A DNA stretch of 64,000 bases, taken from contig CM119266.1 of assembly GCA_051294375.1 (NCBI GenBank), forward strand, positions 18,958,087-19,022,086, in the 5' to 3' direction. This DNA is from Paraspadella gotoi (lineage: Eukaryota > Animalia > Chaetognatha). The position numbers and the translations under genes were made by a program. The first letter of the stretch is position 1, and every line of letters begins with the position of its first letter. This document shows, in pieces, positions 55,261 through 64,000 of the stretch. The notes below the pieces were generated by a model. It was given only the letters and a program-made list of their open reading frames with translations, made no database searches and was not told the origin of the DNA.

Positions 55261-55300
55261 ATGCTCTCTGTGTTCCCAAGGCTGCGGCCTCTGACTGCAG
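55261..55300 (+). CDS. Exon 1 (start) of a multi-exon gene encoding a Pro/Ser/Ala-rich protein; MLSVFPRLRPLTA
   Basis: ATG at 55261 follows an in-frame TAA (55246-55248). Donor GCAG|GTAAAC, phase 1, matches the next exon. Confidence 0.65.
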
Positions 55301-55629
55301 GTAAACACGAGGGGAAGGGGCCAGGGAAAGTTCACAATATAAGAAAACTAACTATTAACTAGGAAAACTAACTTTTCATACGATAGTGTGTAATTTCAAA
55401 AAGTACCCTATGTGTATTCTTGTTAAGTTGTTAAGTTAATAGTAAGGGAGTGGGTTGACCTTATCTTACAGGGGTTCCCGGGTCCAGCCCAAAAAAAAAA
55501 GTGGAGGGGCCCGCCTTTTGTCTGCAGGCCCCTCACCCCCTGCTTATGAGAATCTGGCGAGTCTGCGTGTCCTCGACTGATTTTTTTTATAAATTCATTA
55601 TAAAATTTAAAAATAAAAATTTATATCAG

Positions 55630-56327
55630 ATCCTGGTTCCGTTTGCGTCGGGTCTGAAGGCCATTCAACTTCCCGTCTCTCTTCCTCTTCCTCTTCTCCG
55701 TCCATCTCGCCTTCATCCTTCTCCGCCGCCACGCTTCCACCGGCGCGCCCCGTCGATCCTCTCGGAGCGCCGCGTCATTTTCCGGCGTCGTCGTCGCCGG
55801 GGCGCCGTCTTTCGCGTCCTCAGCCGCCGACGCCGCCGACGCGTCTTCCGGGGCCCACCCCCGCCGCAAACGCGGCCTCACCCGTGCCTTTGACGGCCGC
55901 CGTCGCCGAGGGCAGCCGCTGTCACGCCGCCGTCGCCGCTCTGCTGCAAAGCGTCGCGTCGCCGTCGACAGTTCGGCCCGACCCTCTCGATCAGGTCGCC
56001 CAACACCCAATCCGCGAACGCGCCCTTTATCAGGCGGCGCCGCTTTCTCCGCCGCCGCTTTCTCCGCCGCCGCCGCCGCCTTTTTCGAGTGTCTACGATC
56101 GAACTAATGGTGCTGTTCGAGGTGCTTTAGCTTTAACAACTTCATCATCATCTTCGTCAAGAGCGGCGACCAGTTCGGAGAGCGATTCCGGCAACAGTGA
56201 TTCTCTAGGGATTACTGAAGCTAGCAACAGTAACAGCAACAGTTGGACGAACGGAAACAACAGGCGAACGAAAGAATCTCGAATTCAAATTCGATGCGAA
56301 AGTCCAGACGAAATCTCAGGAGATCAG
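55630..56327 (+). CDS. Exon 2 (DPGSVCVGSEGHSTSRL...CESPDEISGDQ)
   Basis: Acceptor TATCAG|, GC-rich frame continuous with ORF 55884-56441, strong donor CAG|GTGAGT. Phase 1 in, phase 0 out. Confidence 0.8.
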
Positions 56328-57171
56328 GTGAGTTTTATATTGTTTGTATGTTCGTTGAATGTTGTCCAAATTTCATGCCTTTTTATATACAGTCAATTAT
56401 CTCTTAACTGTTTCATCAAATCGACACGGAAAAATTTTTGATTGAAATTTGGCCATTTTTTACCTCTTTTCCCTTTGGAGCCGTGGATGACGCAATAAGC
56501 GGGGCACAACTCCAGAAAGAGACTCTAAAATTCGAATCCAGAATTCGAGATTATTTTTAATCTGTGATTTAATTTCTAAAACTCCTCCTTCTCAGGCAAA
56601 AAAAAAAGCCTTTTGCGCCAACTAAAATTGGCTGAGGATTTGATCAAATTTTTTTCTCCTCGGTGGCGGGGCGAATTGGGTTTCACTTCTGGTCGATGTT
56701 GCTTCACAAATCTTCAAATCTCAAAGTGAAACTCACTTTCACTGGAAGTTGATTGTGACGTTTTGACGTTATCGACATTATAAAACCGAAAGCAAGAAAA
56801 GGTTCTTTTGAAATACCATTTTAAAAGGTGCCCAATTCCTCCCTGAAAACTGGGGGGGGGGAATTGGAAGAACAAGGTTTTGCGATGAGTCAGAAAACAG
56901 CGGATTTTTCTGTGGAAGGAAGAAAATTTAAATGTTCAATTTGAAACCAGAGAGATAAAAAGCCGGCACGACAGGGCGGGGAGAAGATTATTATCAGAAT
57001 AGGACAATAAAATGAGTTTCTAAGCATTTGTGTATTACAGTGGACAATGCCAATGTGGCCAAAAATGAGGGCACAAAGAAATAACAATGATCTTGTCAAT
57101 CGTGACAATAGTAATGAATATAATTACTATGATTAGTATTGCAACCAAGTACTACGTTAAGGATTTACGCA

Positions 57172-57211
<40 letters not shown>

Positions 57212-57868
57212 TTCAACATCTGTTCAAAGTTTTTCCTTCACGCTAATCGTGATGTTTTCTTTGCTGGGGTTTTTACTATGAAGCTTTTCCAATCTCTCCA
57301 ATGAAATAAAATTTTTAAAAAACGGGAGTCTCTTATCTCCTTTTTTTTTTTCGTTCAAGCTTTTATCTTCGAAGCCGATCTTGTCGGTCTGCCGCTCCTT
57401 ACGTTCGTCAGTTCAAATCTCTGACGATCAAAAACTCGAGTGATGTAAAAACCCAGAATTATCACGATTACGTCCCGAAGTTAGTAATCGATATAATATT
57501 TAGGCAACCGAAGCATTTCCATAAGCTACAGAGTGCCGTTGATTAACGGACACAAATTGGATGCGACTGATAAAAATATGAAATGGCGCCCTGTTGGTTT
57601 TTATTTACTGGAAAACGTAAATAAGATGGCGACTGCAATCGCGAGCGCAATATTGAGAGTAGACTAATTGACGTGTCGTTGTCGGGTTTTATCCTCATCT
57701 CGTCATTCAATTCATCATCCGATGAACAATACGAGGTTTATCGCCGAATGACCCAAACACGAGTCAACGTTAATCCGATATCCTCAACCAACCGAGTCTT
57801 TCTAATCTCGTATTTCACCCTCCCCCCTTTTCCTTCTTCCTACCCGACATCCCCCTCCCGATCCCAAG

Positions 57869-58125
57869 CCGACGATTTGGCGTCACTCTCCATCGCCGTC
57901 GAGTCTGAGGGTCGAAAGTTCGAGTCCGATCGATGTTGAAAACGAGGACGACAACGACGATAAGGGCGCAACTGCCTCCACCGCCGAAGATCCCAACTCA
58001 TTTGTCGAGGAAAAACCGAAAGTATTGGAGGAAGATGATCGCCGAATCTCGTCGTCGACGCCAAATCGAGGCCGGGCAACGAATCACCCTTCCACATTCG
58101 ACCTCTTTCGTATCGACGAGCGCAG
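57869..58125 (+). CDS. Exon 3 (PTIWRHSPSPSSLRVESSSPIDVENEDDNDD...FRIDER)
   Basis: CTAAT branch-like site at ~57802, pyrimidine tract, CCCAAG| acceptor, donor CAG|GTCGGT. Open in a frame not listed in the ORF track. Phase 0 in, phase 2 out. Confidence 0.75.
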
Positions 58126-58200
58126 GTCGGTCTATCTTAACAATTTTGAAATGATAAGTTACTATACCTTTCAAACGAATAAATAAAAATTTGCCAGTCT

Positions 58201-58296
58201 AAACGCACCATAGCCTGTCCAAAGTCATGGGCAAGATTGCCTATTCATTGAATGAAAGGATAAAATTTCTCCTTTCATGACTGTACCAATTTCATT
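58201..58296 (+). repeat. Copy of an unclassified ~95-bp dispersed repeat (CACCATAGC.TGTCCAAAG ... TGTACCAATTTC)
   Basis: Aligns by eye with 58640-58732, and partly with 816-880(-), 3786-3811, 12328-12380, 20308-20360(-) and 61445-61480. Confidence 0.7.
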
Positions 58297-58420
58297 AATA
58301 GGGAAGTCAGGTACTCTGGGAGTAAAATAAACTAGAGAGTGAGAGAGTCTTGATTGCAAGATTGCAAAGTACTGAACCCGACGTGATCATCAGTTTGCAT
58401 AAGGCTCTAAGTATCTTCTG

Positions 58421-58543
58421 TGCCCCTCAGCAGCAATGGAACGGGTCCTGGCCCTCAAGGCGGTTTACGGCCCTCCTCACGCTTCCCGCAGGGCAGGTAC
58501 CACTGGGGATCGATCCCGGTTCCTAGTAGTCATGAGTTGATGG
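58421..58543 (+). repeat. GC-rich dispersed repeat related to 21303-21431, in intron 3
   Basis: Same shared blocks as 21303-21431. Confidence 0.75.
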
Positions 58544-58639
58544 TATTACTCAATGAGCAACCGGGTCATGACGGAAGGTATCGTGCTTAAAGGCGGGGCG
58601 AACACTATGTTATTATCTTGTAAAAGTGATGAAGGCCTT

Positions 58640-58732
58640 AAACCACCATTGTCTGTCCAAAGTCAGGGACAATATAGCTTATTTATTAAATTAAAGTATA
58701 TTATTATATTATATTGACTCTACCAATTTCTT
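58640..58732 (+). repeat. Second copy of the ~95-bp dispersed repeat
   Basis: AAACCACCATTGTCTGTCCAAAGTCAGGGACAATATAGCTTATTTATTAAAT vs AAACGCACCATAGCCTGTCCAAAGTCATGGGCAAGATTGCCTATTCATTGAAT at 58201. Confidence 0.7.
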
Positions 58733-58781
58733 ACATGACGCCAATTATTCCCATCACTTCCCCTCCCCCTTTCCCGTACAG

Positions 58782-59938
58782 ACGGGGCCCGACTCCGGTG
58801 ATATCCTGCGCCGAGGAAAAACTGGTTTGGGTCACTGACTCCGCCGCATCAACTAGTCCACCCACTACTCACCCCTACCGTCGACCTCACCCTCACTTAC
58901 CCGTTCCTCTTCGAGGTCATATTCAGGAAGGGAGGCGTCAGATTGCTTGCCCCCCTCATCCTCTTTATCCTCATTCTCCACATCCCTGTGCCAAAGAGAA
59001 TATCGCCTCTCCTCCTCCTCCTCCTCCTTCTTCTACTCTCCCTAATCCTTCGCCCTCTCTCCCCGGAGACGCCTGGCCGAACTTGGTGGCGCCACTTCTC
59101 TCCTCGCTCGCCGCCAAGTACGAGCCAAAGGCGCCATCTGCGCCGGATTCCTTCGAGGGCGTGACGACGCTTCGCGAGCGAACGAGCGAATTCAACGTTG
59201 CCGCCCGCATCGCGCCGGATCCTCTGATCCCGTTGAGCGAAAACTCTGCCCCGATTCGACGATCCTCTTTGACTCTGTCTCCATGTGATACACCGCTGTC
59301 TCTTTCCAAATTTTCTTCTTCTTCTTCTTCGTCCGCTTCATTCGACGCCAACGTCACTAGTCAACAACAACAACAACAACGTGAACATCAACCGTCAACA
59401 TCTTACTTGCCAAATTACGCCTCCTTTCGCGGAGCCGCTCGCGGAAAGCGGAAACAGACTTTCGATTCCGAGGCGAAGTCATCGACGTTCGATTCTGAGG
59501 TCGACGCCGCCGACGACGACGACCACGACGACGACAAACTCGAGAAGCGAGCGACGTCTTCAGTCGGATTTCCCACCGCCGCCAACTCGATTGGCGCCCT
59601 CGACCACGAGCGAGAGAAACGCATCTGTTGTGGCGTCGCTTCGGTCGCTCCGATCGGTCGCACTCAATCGCCGCCCGCACGCTCCTACTCCTCCTCCCCC
59701 ACTTCCTCTTCCTCCTCCTATTCCCCAAACGTCCCGTCGAAATCTCCAACGTCGCAGCCGACATCATCCCCGTCGCGCGCTAACCGATGCCAACTTCGTG
59801 AACACCCCAATCACATTATCGCACACCAACTGTTTCCTGAGCCAGATCCACCGATCGCCCAACCCGCTTCTAATGACAACACCGGCGGGAAAGGCGGCTT
59901 GCGTATGAGTGCAGCTAATGGCAGTGGCGCAGACCCAG
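58782..59938 (+). CDS. Exon 4, large Pro/Ser-rich exon (RGPTPVISC...MSAANGSGADP)
   Basis: Lies within the 410-aa ORF 58714-59946. Pyrimidine tract plus TACAG| acceptor, donor CAG|GTAAAT. Phase 2 in, phase 1 out. Confidence 0.85.
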
Positions 59939-60672
59939 GTAAATAATTAAACAATTAATCATTAAATAAATAATTAATCATAATAATAATAATTAATAAT
60001 CGATTAAATAATTACTTGCCACATGGCTCTCTTGTCATAGAGCGCCCTATTTCTGTTCTTTCTTTAGCCATAGCCGATGAAATTTATTAATTTAATTTTA
60101 ATTTATTAAAATTATCTATTATGAGCGAGATTATGGTACTAAAATATTTTTTATCAAAAATGCTTTCTAATTAAAATTATTATATTATTATATAAAGAAA
60201 ACATTTTTTTTTAATTTTAAAATTTTTTGATGGATTCTGATAGAGCATAAAAAGTTAAATAAGAAATATAATTACAGCTTTTAATTTTTTTTTATGTTTT
60301 TAAAGTGAACCCTTTTTCTCTAATTTCGAACTTAAATTTTTAACCTTAAACCCTAATGCTGAGACCTTATCGCTTACCAATTCCTTAATCTTAATTACTA
60401 ACCTAATCCTTAACCTAATCATTAACCCCAACCTCTTCCTTAAACTTTTACTTAAAAAATTAATCTAATTCCAAATTTTAAAAAAATGGGGCATTCTGGG
60501 AAGATAAGCCGTATAGTAAGGCGAACCCTCAGTGACGGCCTCCTGTCACTGGCCATTGTGACGAGGCTTTTAAGTTAAGCTTTTAAGTCGTACTGCCACA
60601 GGCCCACAGCACATTTATTTGTTACTCAATGACACACTTGAAACTGCTTTTTTTAAAATCATGATAACACAG

Positions 60673-60847
60673 GAGGCAGCAGGGGCCAAAAGATGACTGG
60701 GAGCATCTTACCTACATCATCTACAGCAGCAGCAGCCGCAGCAGCAGCAGGAGCCCAAGGAGCGGAATTGCCAGTTCCCATCGCTGGGAGCGGTCATCCC
60801 TGGGGTTCTATCCAGGGATCCTCGAGTTTAGAACAGCCGAGATCCAG
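60673..60847 (+). CDS. Exon 5 (GGSRGQKMTGSILPTSSTAAAAAAAAGAQG...EQPRS)
   Basis: ACACAG| acceptor, open frame, donor CAG|GTGAAA. Phase 1 in, phase 2 out. GC-rich island in AT-rich intron sequence. Confidence 0.7.
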
Positions 60848-61032
60848 GTGAAAAAAGTGAACACAAAAAAGGGGTTGTTCCAAAAAATATCATCTACGTG
60901 CATGACAAAAGACTGGAAATTGTATGAGTGAAAAATTAAGAGATTTATGGTGGAAAAAATAATTAAAATAATAAATACGTAGTCGCAACTGAAGAGAGAT
61001 TATAGATTTATATATTCGTCTTATTCTTAAAG

Positions 61033-61166
61033 AAGTTCCGATCGAGGATCCGCGCCAGGAACGCCGCCGCCAGCACGTGGAACGCCGTCTGGAAGCCTAT
61101 CTCCGCAGCATCCTGCGGCGCCACGATCAGAGAGAGAAACAAAGGAACAACGCGAGGAATTGAGAG
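61033..61166 (+). CDS. Exon 6 (SSDRGSAPGTPPPARGTPSGSLSPQHP...REELR)
   Basis: TTCTTAAAG| acceptor (tandem AAG AAG), open frame, donor GAG|GTGAAT. Phase 2 in, phase 1 out. Confidence 0.72.
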
Positions 61167-61221
61167 GTGAATCAGAGAAAACTATCAGCGTGGAATTCTA
61201 AGTTGAAGAAAGAAAGATAAA

Positions 61222-61257
<36 letters not shown>

Positions 61258-61405
61258 AATATATAAATATATAAATATATAAATAAATAAATATATAAAT
61301 AAATAAATATATAAATAAATAAATATATAAATAAATAAATATATAAATAAAGAAATATATAAATAAAGAAATATATAAATAAAGAAATGTATAAATAAAT
61401 AAATA
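61258..61405. repeat. 16-bp AT-rich tandem repeat (ATATAAATAAATAAAT), intronic
   Basis: Direct reading. Confidence 0.85.
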
Positions 61406-61790
61406 TTAAAGAACAAAAAAGAAAGATAATATATTAAGAGAATATATTGGTTGTACCAATTTCTGAAAATAGAAAGAATTATGTAAGAAAACAAATAAAA
61501 TTCTAAGATACGGTTGATGCCAAAATGTCGCAAATGTAAAAGGAAAAAGTAAAAAGTTGTCAAATTATTTTGAAACATCGGTTATAATTTTAAAACATCA
61601 ATGACTATGAAGATCTTTAATCTTTAAATCTCAAAATGTATACTTAAACAAAAGGACATAAAAAATTGACCAAAATGAGAAAATTATAAAAAAATCATAC
61701 TTGAGCCGAGAGGGGAGTGGAGGGAGAGCGATGCAATTAAAATTACAATAACCATACAAAGGTTTTTACTTTTTAACTTTTGTTTTAAAG

Positions 61791-61903
61791 GAGATCGCGA
61801 GTCTCGCGGAAGCGACGTCTCTCCCGGCGGATTTCGCCCGCCACCGACTGCCCATGGCGAGCTCTCGCCGGCGCAAAGACTCTATCCGTCGCAATTCCCG
61901 GCA
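61791..61903 (+). CDS. Exon 7 (GDRESRGSDVSPGGFRPPPTAHGELSPAQRLYPSQFPA)
   Basis: TTTTAAAG| acceptor, donor GCA|GTAAGT. Phase 1 in, phase 0 out. Confidence 0.82.
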
Positions 61904-62116
61904 GTAAGTTATCGAAATCTCGTTCTCATCTGTATGCCCATTAAATTTCTACGAGTATTTGACCTGGAATTTTTCATTTACAATTGCATACATCTTTCGA
62001 ACAGTTAGTTTCCTTTTCTTTGATTGAATAATAATTTTCATAGTGCAAAATGAATAAAGTTTATCCGTCCTAGTAGCCAACAATCAATGAGTAATGACTT
62101 TCCTACTTTCTCTTAG

Positions 62117-62357
62117 GTTTACTCCTCGGCGTCTCTCAGCGCGCTTCAGTACTCTCCATCTTTGTACGCTGCTGCTGTTGCAGCTGCCGCCGCCCAACAA
62201 GCAAGTTCGCAGCATCCTTCGTTGCCGCATCCGCCGTACCCAGGAAGTGGCGTCGGTCCCGGAACACCAGGATACTATCAGTCCCAATATGGTCAGGCGG
62301 CAGCTGCTGCCGCCGCGGTCGCCGCTGCGGCCGCTGGCTATCAGAGTTCGTCAACAG
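62117..62357 (+). CDS. Exon 8 (VYSSASLSALQYSPSLYAAAVAAAAAQQ...GYQSSST)
   Basis: TTTCTCTTAG| acceptor, frame of ORF 62162-62362, donor CAG|GTTAGA. Phase 0 in, phase 1 out. Confidence 0.85.
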
Positions 62358-62465
62358 GTTAGAATGAATAGTATAGAAATAGAAACTTATTTACTTATTT
62401 TTCTTTTTCATATATTATTTCTGTCAGTAATTTCTTCATTTTGCATCGTTTCTTTTCTCTCTCAG

Positions 62466-63173
62466 GCGCTCATCCTGCTGCTGCGAATCTTCCGACGCAC
62501 CCGTACCATCATTTCGAATCTTATGCTGCGGTCTTGGCGTCAATGGGTAGTCACGCCGCCGCCGCTGCCGCACACGCAGCTCATGCCGTCGCCTCCCACT
62601 CACCGGCTGGCCCCTCCTCCTCTAGCGCCCCGTCGCTGCCCCCTCGTCTGTCTCCCGGTGCTGCGGGTGGGAACGCCCCCAGTTTCCATCCTGCGGCAGG
62701 ACCGAGCGGTGCCGCTGGCAGCCCTCAGTCCCCTTATGTTCCTGGCCCTTCCTCGCACCCAGGGCCAAGAACTCCCTCGGGTTCTCCAGGCCCGAGCGGA
62801 CCGCCAGGAGGTCCGGGCCCCTCTGGACCGGGTTCTGGCCCACCTTCGTTGCCCCCGGGTTTTTCGTCTGCTTCAAGATCCTTGACCGGACGACCCTCCT
62901 TTCCACCCTATCACCCTGAGAGAGAGTCCAAGTCTCCGCCTGTCGGAAGGAGCGGCTTGGATCCATCAAGAATCGGGCGCCCCAGTCCCCGGGCGATGGG
63001 ACCTTCCGTTTCTGGAGGCCCCATCGGACCTATGAAGCCCCCGCTACCCCCGCCACACCTGGGTCACTTTTCTCCCCATGGCCGGTTCCCGGCCTTTCCA
63101 GGTCGGCGAGGATTGTTGGAGACCCCGCTTAGTGCATCGAGGGATTATCCAGCAGCATATGCAAGACATCCCG
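62466..63173 (+). CDS. Exon 9 (GAHPAAANLPTHPYHHFESYAAVLASMGSH...YARHP); the gene probably continues
   Basis: CTCTCAG| acceptor, phase 1, frame of ORF 62441-63262. The 3' end is placed at candidate donor CCG|GTGAGC; if that is unused the frame ends at TGA 63260-63262. Confidence 0.8.
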
Positions 63174-64000
63174 GTGAGCATGAAATTAAATCGATGTCCC
63201 ATTACTACCACACGAGATCCTGTAAAAAAGTTCATGTTAATATTTATATAAAGAATGGATGATTCTTTTTGTGCGATTTTCATATTAACGAGGGAGGTGG
63301 GGCAACACATTCACTACCATCACCCACCTGAGTCCATCAGCGCAGCCCCGGTGGCGTAAGAGCTCCAGTGTTTTGTCCGTGTAGAATATAGTGAGCATTA
63401 ACAATTTTGTTATCAATAAAATACATAATATTTTTTTAAGATTTATGATTAGCTTATTAACTAAATTAGCGGGAGCAGATCCGACGTGGTTTGCTGAAAC
63501 TTTTTTTTTTTAAATATTTAATATTCAATTATCTCAAGAACACAGTTATCGCTTGATAACTTTTCGATAATTAACGGCGATTTAACTTCTTTTTTTTTTA
63601 TTCATTTTTTATTTTTAACATAAAATTTTTCAATCCTTTTTACCGCCTTCCAATATATGTGTAGAGTCTTACTCTAGACAAAAAATGCCGTTTCTTTCAC
63701 GTCCTTACGCTAGGCACTATTATCATGGTTGGTTCTTTGAATTAGATTTGTGGTTTTTTTTAGTTGCGCCGAAAGTACTCGCGGAGAACAATTTAGTCTG
63801 TTTGTCTGTGAGTCTCTGTATCTATCTCTCTATTAGTCTATTTCATTTACGTTTTAAATGCTCATAACTCGGGTAATACATTTTTATTTTGGTTTTTGTT
63901 TTTTTTTTATGCTTGTTGTGCATATGTTTGACACTTAACCAAAATTAAATGCAGTATATTTCGTGCAATAATTGATATATAATATATATAGTAATATATA

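Noticed and set aside
62094-62885. 263-aa ORF overlapping exons 8-9
   Set aside because: An alternative frame of GC-rich exons that reads through an AT-rich intron; the spliced frame is better supported.
63293-63359. Possible small tenth exon
   Set aside because: GC-rich, but acceptor and frame are ambiguous, so I could not place it with confidence.

Overview
AT-rich eukaryotic DNA, probably animal, dense in microsatellites ((GA)n, (GAC)n, (GCC)n, (AAAG)n). No prokaryote-type features are visible. About a third of the window is not independent sequence. 29510-45427 is an error-laden reverse-complement copy of ~13200-27770, and 45960-49075 is an error-laden reverse-complement copy of ~49300-51808. 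Both noisy arms end exactly at 25-N gaps flanking a 482-bp island, which most likely reflects fold-back long reads used for gap filling rather than real palindromes. The right end holds a + strand spliced gene that the ORF track shows only in fragments: 9 phase-consistent exons from ATG 55261 to at least 63173, ~1170 codons of Pro/Ser/Ala-rich protein that I cannot name. Also present: a Tc1/mariner-like MITE, a 1.46-kb hAT-like element with an 8-bp TSD nested in the end of a Tc1-like element, two unclassified dispersed repeat families, several minisatellites, and weak hints of a - strand gene in the left part. I did not find a convincing new biological system.
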